This document shows positions 1 through 13,642 of a DNA stretch of 64,000 nt, piece by piece. A program made the position numbers and the translations under genes. The stretch's first letter is position 1. Every line of letters begins with the position of its first letter. This DNA comes from the human T2T-CHM13v2.0 reference genome, Homo sapiens. The stretch lies in NCBI RefSeq assembly GCF_009914755.1, contig NC_060928.1; one strand, 5' to 3'. Under the pieces are notes generated by a model, which saw only the letters and a program-made list of their open reading frames with translations, was not told the origin of the DNA and searched no databases.

Positions 1-297
1 TGGTAATGAGTTGAGCTCTTGTTCTGTTAGTTCCCATGAGGGATGATTGTTAAACAGAGCTTGGCACCTCCCTCCACACCCATCTTTCTATTCTCTTACT
101 ATGTGATCTCTGCCCACACTGACTTCCCTTTGCCTTCTGCTATAAGCGGAAGCAGCCTGAGGCCACCACTGGAAGCAGATGCCAGCACCCATGCTTCTTG
201 TACAGCCTGCAGAGTCATGAGCTACATAAACCTCCTTTCCTTATAAATTGCCCAACCCCACGTATACCTTTATAGCAATGCAAAACAGAGGGTATAC
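1..297 (+). mobile_element. ERVL-MaLR LTR (MSTB-like), 5' part outside the window
   Basis: Typical MST LTR 3' half: 'gaagcagatgccagcacccatgcttcttgtacagcctgcaga...ataaacctcctttccttataaattgccca...cctttatagcaatgcaaaa'. Confidence 0.8.
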
Positions 298-3002
298 CAT
301 GAGTGTTGTCAGGTCTCAGTGACTCATGTGATCTAGTCAATTTTGGATTTCCAGAGAGAACTTTTATTTTAAAAAAAGAAAAGTACCATTGAAAATAGAT
401 GGTAATGCTATATATTACTGTAATGTAAAACTAAGCAAGTATTTTTACAATTGCAAAGTGTCCTTAAATTCAATAAATTTACAATTAATGTAGTGAGTGT
501 GTTTATTGAGGCAAACACTCATAATGCTATTTTCAAAATAACATGAAAGGAGAGTCACAACTGATTCAGCAAAATATGCCAGTTACCAAAGGATTTGTTT
601 CCCATTCTAAATAGGTTCATTAGAAAGTCCTGAATTTTAATGGGTTTTGGTATTTGATAGCCTTTGACCAAATAGAACCCCCTTGTACAGTGTATAGTGA
701 CATTTCTTTCATACAGAGAGATTTTTTAAAATAGTAAGAAAATGGCTCTGTGACTTAAAGTAAATATTAGAGCAACTCACTTTTCATTCTTGTCTGATCA
801 TTGATAGTATTAGCAAGCCATCCCTCCTGCTCCATGTGATACATCCAACAACACAGGGAAGTGTTCTGCAACAGCCACTCAGTCCACACAATTTTAATTC
901 AACATTGAGTGTCATAGACCTTGTTGCTCTCAATTAATGTCTCTCCTTTTAATTTTGCTTTCATGATTGGTCTGAAACTCAGTACTACTTAATTACCATG
1001 ATCTTTGGTTTCCCTTCAAGATTTCAATTTTAGATTTCCCTGTGAATTTGCCTCCTTTGGCCACCTCAGGCTAAGTTCATTTCCATCTGAACTTCTCTAC
1101 CTCAGAAAGAACCTCTCTTTACTACCTTCTCATATTTCTCATTCTGTCGGCAGATTCTGGGCAAAATTATTCCTTTTACAGCATAATTTCACATAGCTAG
1201 TGTGTGGAACATTACCTGTTTCATTTGCCTTAGGAATTTTAGGTTTTTCTAACTATGGAAATAAAAAAATGAGTTAATTAAGTGATATTTAAAATACAAT
1301 TATTTTAAAAAAGGAGAAAACATTAGGACTTGTAACTTTAGGACAGAAGCTTGATGAACATGGAAGACCACCATGATTTTTCAGGATACAATGGCCCTGA
1401 AGTATATGTCTCTTGAAGTTCTTAGATAACTCCAATGTAAACCAACATACTGTGTCTGATTATTTCCCAGGTACATTAGGGCTCTGAGTAAATTACCTTC
1501 CACACAAGAAGTAAAATTATTGCAAAATTGTGACCTCTGGTTGCTCATGCTGGGCTATTTCTTGTTGCTATCAAGGAAGTTACATCAAATATATGTCAAA
1601 GTTACTGGATTGAGAGGAATTGGTATGAAATACGATCTGAAGACCATGAGGGATTTATCAATGTCTTCACATTACCTCAATCTTTTGTGAGCTCTTGCAG
1701 GTCAAGAGATGGAGGCAGGGGAAATTATAGCTGCATGGTCACAGGTATCATTACTCCTCCTTCCTCTGCACACAATGGGTCTCCTTGGCAACACATTTTC
1801 TCTCTTGCCTTTGAAAACTGTTATAAAGTAGAAACAATTTGGGTTGTTTTAGCAATGAAGCTGACTGAAACCAAGGCCAGGAAATAATTGTTTTTCTCCC
1901 CAGTAGAAAAAGAGCTCTTCCATGAATATAAGTTAGTCATGAGTTAGGCATTTTACTCATACTTGATGCATCCTGTGTTTTCACAGGACATTTATGCTGG
2001 CATCCCATAAACTGGGTTTGAATATACTTTGGAAACCCAAGTGACAGTTGCCAGGAAACCCAAGTGACTGCTGCCAGGAAAAGAACAATTCAAGATTCAT
2101 TATAAGAACCAATTCTAGGGGAGAGAAAAATCAAAAATTGGGCATGGTCCATTTTCTGCCTTGTTTCCTGTTAAATGGAAGGGACCACAGTCTTGTTAAT
2201 TACCGATCAGAAAATGGTACAGAGCAGAGATGCAATTATTTAACACAAATTTACTGAGACTATGTAAATATTAAACTTGAAATTACTGATAAAAAATGTA
2301 GTGTGTCAACTAAAGATTTTTTTTGCAATCTTGAAAGTAAAAAGAGGCAATGTATTTAAATAGATGAGGACCATGCACCTCATTCCTTCCAGCTCTGAGT
2401 ACAAATGAGGTAACATTAGTATCTCCCTGGCCTCTGGATCCACCTAGTAATATCGTATCTTTCACATAATTTAAAATAACATAAAATTACCGCTGAGAGT
2501 CTCTGGGGATGTCACATATGAGAGCATGAAAGTGTTGTAATCCATGTTCTGCTTTAACCCTTTGGAGATGCCCATTTCTCTCCACAACCCATGAGGGCAT
2601 CCCACAACTATTAATACTCTATCTGGCAGTTCTTGCCCTGAGAATGCTGATGTCTATAACAAGGATTTTATTTCTTGATGCTCCAAATAGCCCTGTATAT
2701 ATTGAGGTCCTCCATGCACTGAAAGATGAGAAGGCCCCCACATCTCACAGAATCCCTATGTGTACAGTTCCTTCAGATTCTGCCTATAGGCTTGCTTGCA
2801 TAGACTCAGGCATAAATCCATAAGGCTTGGCAAGACTGGTAAAATTTTAAGCATGACATCATGCTTCAACTTCCTAATCTCTTCCCTCCAGTCACTTATA
2901 TGCAACAGCTCATCCTTCATTTCCAGTTCTAGCCCTTTGACTCCATTAGAAATTCTTTTATTCTTAAAATAAACCCTTAGGAAAATTTGAATAATGCAAA
3001 CC

Positions 3003-3100
3003 AGCAGTTCCAAAGGTGTAGTCCATGTACCTCTGTTGCGGGGTGGAGGGGGTCCCTGAAACCCTTTTAGGTGGTCCATGAAGCCAAAAATAATTTTATA
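3003..3100 (+). mobile_element. hAT-Charlie-type DNA transposon end fragment (MER119/Charlie7-like)
   Basis: Starts 'cagcagttccaaaggtgtagtcc', followed by 'ggggtccctgaaacccttttaggtggtccatgaagccaaaaataatttt'. This resembles recalled Charlie-family left ends. Confidence 0.45.
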
Positions 3101-3449
3101 GACAGAAGACCTTTCATTTACAGTGTTCCTAGATTGCCAGAAATCTAGGAATGTATTATCAACATGAAGTGAGCACTCTTGAGGTCTCCACCCATATTAA
3201 TCCCTCTGAAAACTGAAAAACAGCAGGATTTGCCGGAGCTAAAAGAGCTCCATGACTCCATAAGAAGTCCGGTGCTGAAGCTTAAGAGACTTTGGTTTCA
3301 TGCAGGGCAGGGTGACTACCCTGTATTGCAGGGCAGAAAAAAATCCTCTGTGATAAGAGATAGAGCCGGTACTCTGTGAGACATCTGCCTGTGCTGCCCA
3401 TGAAGTGAGACCTCATGGTCCCTGCCAAGTGGGTCCTCACTACACTGCC

Positions 3450-3875
3450 CAGCCCTTTTAGCCAGAGCTGGCTGGCCCAAACTGAACCAGCTAGAAATTG
3501 TCCTTTAGTAACTTGGAAGGAGGACAAAGAGGATCTAGCAAGTGTGCACACATGACTACATTGACTATATTTGTCATGTATAACAGCAGTAAAGAATGTT
3601 GGTTTTTAGAAAGAGAGAGAAGCCTGAGACAGGCACAGAGTAAAGCAGAGACAAGTGACCATGCAGCCCCAGAAAGTGAGCAGCAAGAGAGTACCTGGGC
3701 ACCTTCAGTGTGGGGTACTCTCCAGGTGCTTGTTTCAGGCTGTCATGAAGACAGTTTCATTCCCAGTTCTTTCATTCCATAAAGCTTCCCTTTCTACAAA
3801 AATAAATTTCCTGTTTTAATTTAAACCAACTTGAGTAAGTTATGTTCCTTAAAAAGCAAACAATTCCTGATGAAG
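3450..3875 (+). mobile_element. Old ERVL/MaLR-type LTR remnant (LTR33/LTR16/MLT1-like)
   Basis: The 3' end 'aataaatttcctgttttaatttaaaccaacttgagtaagttatgttcctt...ttcctga' resembles the polyA/U5 end of ancient ERVL LTRs. It is highly diverged. Confidence 0.4.
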
Positions 3876-4392
3876 TTAGAAATTGATCAGAAAGGGCTGC
3901 TACCAGCCCACATGACACCACTGAGTTTTTAAAAAGCATTTTTTTGTTCCTCAAATAAAATATATTTCAAGTCACTATATCATTTATATAACAATTGTAT
4001 AAAGTATACATTATAACATACATAATTTACATAACAGTTCTATAAATTATATATAATAATTAACTATGTAATAATAATAAATAGTCATGTATCTGCATTA
4101 GTAGAAAGCACCTGTGTGTAACAGGTCATTTTTTTTCTTCCAGTTTTTCTTCAAATTCATGAGATGTGGTTGATATGGAGGTAGAGGATAAATTTATATC
4201 TTGCCCTGTTGGTGACATACCTGTACTTGTAGTTTGCTGAAAGTAATAGCTCTCATTACTCTTCTCTTTTTTTCTGGTATTCCATCAAAATTTTCAATAT
4301 TCCATTTAATGATACAGAATAGTGTTATTATAGTTTCTCTACTAACAGCTCCGGTTTTCTTTAATCCTGACATCTGTGATGAAATAATACAG

Positions 4393-4901
4393 CGTGAAGC
4401 AGGTCACTGCGCACTGAATACCAACTTCTCTGAGTCTAGTGAGACAGAAGACCCACAAACACAAGTTACATGAAGCGAGTTTATCACTTGCAGATAGGCA
4501 GCAACGGACAAAAGAAGCCTTGGATTCATTTCAAAGAGGTTCCTCAAAGTTCAAGAAAGCTGCCTGGGGCAGATGGAATATCAACTCTGCATGCCTCTCT
4601 TGAACAGCAGCTGAGGGCCTGGAAAGCAGTCACCCTAGGTTTCACATCCTGGGGCCACTTGGTTCAATGCACTAAGACGTTAAAGCATAGTAAGGCAGGG
4701 CGGTGAGGACCCTCTGCTTCTGGGGCTGGGGACCTGCAACAGAGTCTGGGCTGTTCTAGCCAGTTCTCCACTTGTCTTGGCTATTACATTCCAAGCACAT
4801 TCTACAATTATTCTTGAGAACGACACATGAGAACCTAGGGGGTGGGACGGTGGAGGACAGAACGTGAGTCCATCCAAGGCCACCAAGGGAACTGTCCTGC
4901 A
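4393..4901 (-). mobile_element. ERVL solo LTR (MER73/MER74/MER54/LTR53 group)
   Basis: A ~510 bp GC-richer block, 'gtgaagcaggtcactgcgcactg...gagacagaagacccacaaacacaagttacatgaagcgagtttatcacttgcagataggcagc...aactgtcctgca'. It is flanked by an imperfect 5-bp TSD (tacag/tatag). Confidence 0.6.
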
Positions 4902-5699
4902 TATAGCAGTTAGTACGTTATCTTAAACTGTGTAACATTTCAATACAATATGCATCTAGAAGTTTTTTAAATCTGAATGAAGTTATATTTTAAACAATGA
5001 ATCCTGGAAGCAAATAATGTTGCACTTTAGATGCCAAATCATTACAGAGTAATTCTTAATATGAATACATAGAACACTTTAATAATGATAATAAATTTTA
5101 TTGCATACTGGCTTATGTCATAAAATTACTTATATATTTAATTTTAAAATTCAGCAATGTGATTATAGTACAATTAAATAAAGGAGTATATGAGCTACAA
5201 TATGAAATATCAAACATAGCCACTGTGCTAAAAATAATAGGGGCTTAAAATTTTTTTAGAATATGGTGGTTAATGATAAGTACATTAATTTGAAATACGA
5301 TCTCCTTGTTTAGAAGATTATTTTAGATGTTGTTAAATCAACAATGTCTTGATTATTAAACAGATATAGATGTGTATATATATCATGTTAGAACAATGCA
5401 CTGTATTTCCATCTGCCTAAAACTTGGTATAACACACTGACTTCATTAGAAAGAAGCACTTTATTGGCATGATAATTTTTGAATTAAAAACGTAATAAAA
5501 TTTTTTATATAAAACCTGAAAATATTATCAATGTGTACTTTGTAAATTGCAATTCCCAACATAATTCTTTGACTTCATACTTAAATGGGTGATTTAAAAA
5601 CCAAGGAAATAAACAGGCCAAAAAGTATCAGAAATGTTAGTAATTCACAAATACCATGAAAAAATATTGAGTGTATAGTAGAGTTCTGGGAACAACTTT

Positions 5700-6780
5700 A
5701 CATTCTCTATTCAAGGAAGAACTCTCCAAGGTGGTGATGATGTTTAAGCTGAGCTAATGCAGAAGTCCTTAGGTGAGAATTACTCGGAATGTTTCAGAAA
5801 CAGAAATAAGGTCAATGAAGCAGGAACATAGTGAAAGAATGGGAGAAGGAAGAAACAGAGAAGAGGACAAGGTGATGTCCTTGGCCAGGGAGGGCCTTAA
5901 ATGCCAAAGTGGGGAGACTGGATTCTGTTTCAGGGTTTATGGGACATCACTAGAGAATTATAAGCAGCAATGTCCAGGCCTGATACATATTTTGAAAAGA
6001 CACTTTGGCTGCTCTGGTGGTGGATAGATGGGGATGGAAGAACAGTGGAAGCTAAGGAGATCAGTCATCACTATAGAAATTCAGATGAGCAATGATGGCG
6101 TCTTGGATTAAGGTAGTAATATGGAGAAATATCAAAGAAAGGGGAGTTGGGAATTATTTGAAGGTAGAGTGAAAAGACTTGTGTATATAGTGATTTGGAA
6201 AGAGGGAAAAAAGTGATTACTAGGTTTGAGGCATGGACAACTGGGCAGTTCATGTTCTTATTGACTGAGACTGGGAAACTGAGAAGGAGTTGCTTAGGAA
6301 TATAGAGAATCAGGAATTCTGTTTGGGGCACTTCATGTTTGAAGTATCTGGGAAACAAATATGTATAGATATATTAAGTAGGCAGTTGAATACATACATA
6401 TGAAATCCAGGGCTAATGCTAGACACAGATAAATTTTGAAGTCATTGGCATACAAGAGATATGGCCTGCATGAGAGTGTTCAGATGTGCAAGGAAGGCGC
6501 AGGGACATTGAACTGAGATGTGTTAAATTAGAGGGTAAAGAGAGGATGATAAATCAGTAAGGAACAGGCAGCTTGGTGGCTCAACCGGGAAGGTGGAGCC
6601 AGGGAAGATATGAGAAAAGAAAATCTCTTAAGTAGTAGTTTGTGATCAACTTTACTGAATGCCGATGAGTGAATAAGTACAATGCGAGTTGGGATGGGAC
6701 CCTTGGATTTGGCAACATGATGGTTTCTCAGTTTCCTTGATAGAAGCAGTATCAGTGGAGTGGTAAGGACAGAAATCCAG
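5700..6780 (-). mobile_element. LINE-2 (L2) fragment
   Basis: Purine-rich plus strand with L2 antisense hallmarks: 'ttttgaaaagacactttggctgct', 'gatggcgtcttggattaagg', 'ttattgactgagactggg', 'ggatttggcaacatga'. Confidence 0.75.
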
Positions 6781-6833
6781 CTCCGGTGCTCTGTAGCTAG
6801 TTCAGGATTCTATGCTATGGCCCCATTCATGCA

Positions 6834-6922
6834 TCAGGTTGCTGTGAAAGTAATTGCAAGTTTTGCCATTAAAAATAATTAAAAGTAATGGTAAAAACTG
6901 CAATGACTTTTGCACCAGGTAA
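6834..6922. mobile_element. MADE1 (Mariner-derived MITE), imperfect palindrome
   Basis: 'caggttgctgtgaaagtaattgcaagttttgccatta...taatggtaaaaactgcaatgacttttgcacca' matches the two MADE1 terminal inverted repeats. Confidence 0.85.
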
Positions 6923-7149
6923 TGTTCTGGTTGGGAGAGAATAGCATTATGATGACTGGAAAGAGACTGTCTGGAGAAATCAATTCTCCCAGGATGCTGC
7001 AAAAGGTTTTTTTCTGCATCCCAGCTAGGAAAAGTGATGATGTAATTACTCCATAATGAATTTCATAACACAGAGGCTCATTGGTTGAGCCCACGTCATG
7101 ATGTTTTTTGGTTGGCACAATCCAAAACTTTATTTCTGGACCCTAAGAT

Positions 7150-7295
7150 TTGAATTTTGTTCAACTTTCACATGCCATGAAATATTACCATTATTTTGAA
7201 AATGTTTTCAGCTATTTAAATATGCAAAAATCACTCTTAGCACATGGGCCATACAAAACAGGGGGCAGGCTAGGGTTTTGGCTTATGGGTCAGAA
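7150..7295. mobile_element. MER58-like hAT-Charlie fragment
   Basis: 'tttcacatgccatgaaatatta...aaaatcactcttagcacatgggccatacaaaacagggggcaggct...tttggcttatgggtca'. Confidence 0.65.
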
Positions 7296-8777
7296 TATAC
7301 ATCAAGACATTAAAACTGGGATTAGGTTTAGGAATATGAAGGAGAACAAAAGATAAGGTTTTTTCCCTTTCACTTTTAAATTAAGACATATTAGGCAATA
7401 GAAACTTTACAGGTCTGACCAAGTTGTCTATTAGCACAGGCTTAGGGCTTTCTGGGACAAGAATAGACATTGGATTAAAGCATTTCCCAGATGAAACTAA
7501 TTACAAATCTCCTGGTATTGTTCTTTTAAAATTATATCAAATCTAAAACCTCATGCCCATGTTTCCTCATGTCCATCATTACCTACTATCTCTTGGCATT
7601 CTTTAGCTGTATTTCTCTACTTCTTCTGCAATTTGGGGGCCAAGAGCATTCAAATTATATTACTTAGTTTCCTTTGTACAGTTTTCTTCTACAAATAAAA
7701 GACCCCAGTGGAAGATCAAAGGTAGGAAGAGAGAAGGGTTTATCTCTTTTGTTCTGTCTCTGCTCTGGAAATGTTTCTGGAAGAGGTTATATCTCTTCAG
7801 AAAATCCGTGTTGGCCATGGGGACCTCTTCTCCATGGTTCTGGTACCAAGTTATGTAGTCCCTCTTTCATACTTCTGTGCTCAGAAAACATCCAATCCTC
7901 TCTTTTGTTTCCACAGCCCTAAGAGTCATAAACCATTTCCTACATTACTAATATTTAGGTCATCTCTCCATTACCTTTTTGCTCTCTCAGCTTTTTCAAC
8001 TCCTGTGAAGGAAAGTTCCTATATCACATTCCCTCTATTTGAAATATTAAAAGGTTTTCTGTTATTATTATTTTTTTACTGGACCCTAACTAATCCACCT
8101 CATAAACAGAGCCTTCTTCAGCACTCCAGGCATAAGAACAAAGGAGAGCCACAGACTGCTAAGTCACTCCTCAGAGTTGCTATTAAAGACATGGGTTGAG
8201 GACAGCCACTCACTGGGCAGAATGGAAAGAACACAGTTCATTGCCAAGGAAATGAGTCAGCAGAACGATTTTTATAAAATTCTGATATAAGTCACTGACC
8301 AGGTGGTGTTGCTGTACAAATCCATGGATTTGTCCAAGGTCTTTAAGTTTTGGACAGCTATCTTTCCCAGACAACTGTAAAAAGTTGCCATCTACATCCA
8401 GACCACTATTGCCTATGGCAAGGATGCTTTCCTCCCGGCCCTATAAGAAGGGAGAGTGACCGGGGAGAGTATTATCCCCTGGACTGCAGACCTACAGGCA
8501 GTCTAACCGACAAAGGATGGGGCATGCTTCTCTGTGGGATGATGACAGCTGGGAAACCCACACCTATTCTTACCTTCTTGCTAGACGTGGCCTTGTGAGT
8601 TTCCACTTTTTCCCTCAAAGAAAGCCTATTCCTCAATCTGTTCCATTTGCTGTTCGGTAATCAATCATGAACCTTGATATACGACAAGTAAGGACCCAGA
8701 TAAAGCCCAACTTGCATCGCTGGCATGTTTGAAGTCATAAGTAATTACAGTATGAAATTAATAACAATAAGATATTA

Positions 8778-9009
8778 CAGTTGACCCTTGAACAACACAG
8801 GTTTGAACTGCATGGGTCCACTTATAAGCACATTTTTCTCAACCAAATAAAATAAAAAAAAATACAGTATTCATAGGATGTGAATCCCTTGCATAAGGCG
8901 GCCTTGACTTTTTGTATATAGCTGGTTTCTGCAGGGCTTGAGTGTGCATGGATTTGAGTATGTACAAGGGTCCTGGAACTAATGCCCCATGTATATGGAG
9001 GGGCAATTG
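8778..9009. mobile_element. MER8 (TcMar-Tigger MITE)
   Basis: TA followed by 'cagttgacccttgaacaacacaggtttgaactgcatgggtccactta'. The opposite end is 'ggtcctggaactaatgccccatgtatatggaggggcaattg'. Length ~232 bp. Confidence 0.8.
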
Positions 9010-9029
9010 CACTTTAAACCTATAGAACT

Positions 9030-10030
9030 GGCAAAACATTAGAAAGCTTGATAATCCTAAGTGCTGGTGGGATATGGGAATGTAGCAATTATTGTGCCCT
9101 GATAGCGGGGGTAGTGTGGATGTAGTTAGTCAAATTAAGCACACATAAACATTATAGCCTACCTCTTTCTGAGCATTTCTCGCTGAGAAATCTTCATGCA
9201 GGCCCTTCATGAAGGACACATGTTAAGTATACTTATTGCAGTGCCATTTGGGAAGGCAGGGAATAGAAGAACCTGGATTGTCCAGCAGAGGAAAGTAGAT
9301 AGGTGAAAAGGGGTGGAAGCACACTATGGATTATTATGCAGCAATTAAATGAAACAGATTAGGTGTACACAGAGCAATATGGAAGGATCTTAAAAAATTG
9401 AGCTCAGTGCAAAATGTGACTTATATAACATGACATTATTTAAATTAAAATATGTATGCACACAATATAATATAAATTTTATATAATATCTAATGTAATA
9501 TGCAAAGAAAAATGTACTAAATAAACACATTTGAGTGGATGTCAAAGTGGATAACGTAGGTATTTAGACAAAAAAGTAAAAGAGAATATATAAAGGAGCA
9601 AAACAGAGAGATCTTACATGGCCATAAATGATGTCGTACCTTGAACCTCAAACATGATTAACTCAATCCCTGGCAATTATGTAAACACACAGCTACAAAT
9701 GCAAACATATTACATGCTAATTAATTTAACAGTCTAGATGAAAAACATACATTTTCAGAAACAAACTTTAAGACGGAGAATAAATATAAAATTGAAATGG
9801 CCAATAAACCTTAAGTAAATTAATATATTCACCCAACACTATCTCCTCCCTAAATTCTAGGTTAAGACAATTTTAGATACATTTTACCAGCTTCTAAGAA
9901 ATAATTTCTCTCTACTACAAGCATTTGCAGAAAAAAAATACAGGAAGCAAAATTTCCCAGTTAATTTCATGAATTTCATGAGGCTTATATAACCTCAATT
10001 CCTAAAGTAGACAAAAGTAGTAATTGAAAA
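9030..10030 (+). mobile_element. Ancient L1M (L1ME-like) fragments
   Basis: Decayed L1 3' and ORF2-like segments such as 'ttgataatcctaagtgctggtggg', 'actatggattattatgcagcaattaaa' and 'ttcatgaggcttatataacctcaattcctaaa'. Confidence 0.5.
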
Positions 10031-10049
10031 TAAAGAAAATACTGGATTT

Positions 10050-11500
10050 TAAAATCATTTTGTTATTAATTTCTAATTTTTCTACATTATGGTTTGTACC
10101 AGTTCATCATAGTGTATAAGATATTGAATTGGGGAATTACTGAAGTTTTCTCTATGGCCTCATGCCTCATGCACTTTCTAAAATAGTTCACGTGTGTTTG
10201 AAAACAATAAACATTTTCCGTTAAGTGCATACGTCAAACAAAGCCTAGCAATAACAAATAGTTCAAGCTTATTGATTTGATCTCTGCTAATTTTTTTGTT
10301 TGCATCATCTTCAGCTTTGGAATGGAATAGACTAAAATCTTCAAGTATAATTATTGTTTTATTTATTTTTCTGCAGTTCAGCAGTTGTTGATTTATATAT
10401 ATTTAGAAGTACATCATTAGGTACACATATGTGTATGACCATTATATCTTTTTTCTCTGATGTTTTTTACGGGAGTGTAAAACTCTTTGTACTAAGATAA
10501 CATAACTGCTACTAGAAAATCCTAGATATTTCACAAATCATCAATGATTTAGTAAAATATAAAATACTTTCTATCTCACACAAAGAGTGATTAACTCCAG
10601 ACAGGTAGGTGTGTTCCTCAAGGCCATTCAGAGACCAGGACTGACAGTCAATGCTACCTCCAATACATAGCTCCCAAATTTGCCTTGAGCATCAATATTG
10701 GCCAACATACGTGGGACATGAACATCACACATGACTTTTAAGGTCCAGGCCTGAAAGTGGCATACTTCTGCCCATTTTTTCTTGGCTGAAATATAACTAC
10801 AGGGCAACACCTAACCTCAAAGAAAGCTGGAGAGGTAGTCTTGCTGTGTGTGTGCTTCAGATTTAAATTAAAATCTGACTGGTTTAAAAATTATAGGTTG
10901 ATTTGATTTCTTTAAATACTTCAAAAATATTACTTCATTGCTTTCTTGCCACTAAAGTTACTGTTAAGAATTTTCATATGGATCTGGTTCTGTCTTCTTT
11001 GTAGAAAACTTTTAGAACTTTCTAATGTCCTTGTATTTCATTATAAGTTCTACTTTTACCTCATATGATCTTTTTCTAATACCTCTATTTTTCATATGTT
11101 GGTAGTTCTGTTTCTATCATCCATATCTCTTAGCTTTTTAATGTATTACTTCTCATTTACCTTTCATGCTACCTTTGGGAAGAGTTCTTCAATATAACTA
11201 AGTGCATTAATTTATTTCTTAACTATTTTCATCCTACAATTATTCTAAACTATTGCAGCTATTTTACTTGGCAGAACTAACATTTTCATTTCCTATTTAT
11301 GATTTCTTCCTACTTCACGCTACTAATATTCATCTTTTTGTTTTTGAGAATATTTATCAAGCTTGTCTAAAATTATTTATTTTTGTAACTGTGTTTTGTG
11401 ATATTCATCGTTATTTTTGCTTTCTTTGTTGGAAGGATTGTTCTCCTGAGTCTATTCATATTGCCTTGCAATTCTATATACTCAGAATGTCTTCCTGTTC
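10050..11500 (-). mobile_element. Ancient L1M fragments, interrupted by an MLT1 LTR
   Basis: T-rich antisense L1-like sequence: 'atttctaatttt...cattatgg', 'gttcacgtgtgtttgaaaacaat', 'aaaatattacttcattgctttcttgcc'. Confidence 0.5.
10490..10855 (-). mobile_element. MLT1 (J/K/L-like) MaLR LTR
   Basis: 'ccaggcctgaaagtggcatacttctgcccattt...ttggctgaaa...cacctaacctcaaagaaagctggagaggtagtctt' is typical of old MLT1 LTRs. Confidence 0.65.
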
Positions 11501-12679
11501 TGACATGTAATGTGTATTGGGGAAAAGCTAAAGGCTTGGTAGTACCTGTCATCTCTGTAAGTTTAAGGAAAGGGCAGGAGAGGAGACCAGTGCACACAGC
11601 CCCAGGCACTACAGACCCAGTCTATAGACCATTAGACACAGAAGGATTCACCCTTAAAGTCATCTTAGACAGAAGCAGATTCAGAAAAGGTCATTTCCTT
11701 GGTTTGATGTAAAACCTGTTGTTTGGAACAGAGAGGAGGCAAAGAATGAATACCTGAGGGAAGCTCATCTTTCCATAACTGTTTACATCAGCTCCTTGCT
11801 CCAGCAGTACTTTTGTGTTACCCTTGAGTTATTTTCAGTATTCATTTGTTTTTCCAAGACCAAGCAACCTAGGCTTGAGGGAATTCTTATGGTGATGGGA
11901 CCAGCAATGATTGGAGGGAAGAATAAAACTTAGTACCTCTCTTCCAAAATATTTCCTCCAAGATGAGATGAGGCACGCTTAGCCAGGTGCTAATGCCACT
12001 TGTACCAGGGTCCGTCTCCACACTTTCCCAGATACTTTCAGTCAGTCTGGGGCTCTCAGGTGTGCATTGGTTTTTCAAATCCTTGATTCCTCCTATCTTC
12101 TGTAATTTATGCAGGGCTGAGTCAAAGGAGGGAGAAAGAATAATTCTAAATCAGATTATTTGTTTTTAATTGTGATTATGTTACTTTCGGGTGAATAGAA
12201 ATGTCAAATTTTACTGTAATCAAATATTTTGTTCATTTAACTTTATTCCATGTGGTTTCCCCTTCAATTCAACTCATTTGGGAGATATAACAAAGGCACA
12301 TTAGAAACCTTTTCAGACATTGGTTTTCTAGTTTGTGACTAGGAGGCACATAGCAGTATGTGTGTGTACGTGTGTGTGTCTTCTGTTAAAGTGTCAAGAG
12401 TAAAGAATTTAAGCAACAAGCCATGTGAGAAGTCAAGCAGAAGTGTTTGGCATTGTTTTTCTAGAAGACATACCTATTTTACTCCATTTATCCATTTATT
12501 TTCTGGATAGTAGAAGGCTACTGAAGTTTTGTGAGTAAAGAATAAACATGAGAATAGTAGTGTTTTCATCAGATTGCACTGTGCAGCATAAACTGGAAGA
12601 AAAGATGGTAGAGAAGAGGAAGGCCATATAAGAAGCTATGCTGATACTTCAAATATGAGGTAATGGTTTAGATATGGGT

Positions 12680-13094
12680 TGTATTCCCCTCTTTGTGTTG
12701 CTATAAAGGAATATCTGAGGCTGGGTAATTTATAAAGAAAAAACATTTATTTGGCTCATGGTTCTGCTCTGCAAGAAGCATGGTGCCAGCATCTGCTTTT
12801 GGTGAGGGCTTCAAGGGGCTTTCAATCACGGCAGAAGGGAAAGGGGAAGAGGTATCATATAGTAGGAGAGAAGAAAAAGAGAGAGAGTGGAGGAGAGGCC
12901 AAGTTCCTTTTAACAATCAGATCTCAAGAGAACTAATATAGTGAGAAGTCACTTATTACCAGGAAGATGGCACCAAGCCATTCATGAAGGATCCACTCCC
13001 ATGTTCTAAATATCTCCTACCAGGCCATGACTCCAACATTGGGACTCAAATTTCAACATGAGATTAGGAAGGTTCAAACATCCAAACTAAATCA
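12680..13094 (-). mobile_element. MSTB-like solo LTR (ERVL-MaLR)
   Basis: TG...CA termini ('tgtattccc' ... 'ccaaactaaatca') and a perfect 5-bp TSD TGGGT (12675-12679 / 13095-13099). It is inserted into an L2 remnant. Confidence 0.9.
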
Positions 13095-13642
13095 TGGGTC
13101 ACTCTAACACAGTAAAAAAGAAAGAACAGAATGAAATTTGAGCACATTGAAGTTAGAATAACATGATTTAATGATTATATATGAAGAGAAATTAAGAGGC
13201 AATAATCATTTTACTAAAATAATATAGAAGGGACAGAAAAGAGTTTTTGATAAGGAATAATGACCATAGTATAGAAATAGAAGAATGGGTTTAAAGCTGT
13301 GTTTTAGGAATTATTATCGGTCCTTAGATGTATTTCAGGCCTTATGAAAGTCACTGCACTTAATTTAAAAAGAAATTATTATAAATGTTGATATAAAATA
13401 ATACCCTCATTTAAATGCATAATATATAAATTTTATCTCATTGACAGCAACGAATGGCTTTAAACCTGTGTCTCCACACTAACCCATTTTTAATGTGTGA
13501 AGACTAAGAATAAAGCTGCATGTTTTCTCTATATCTACCAATCTAGAATTCTTATAAAATATTAATCAGAGACTGTTGCTCCTCAATGTTATTTTGTGAA
13601 TTTAGGCCTGCTAACATGGACACACTATATATCTGCATTCCA

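Noticed and set aside
7771-8199. 142-aa ORF
   Set aside because: It has no recognisable domain, a low-complexity F/L/S composition and no supporting gene structure. It may overlap a decayed LTR.
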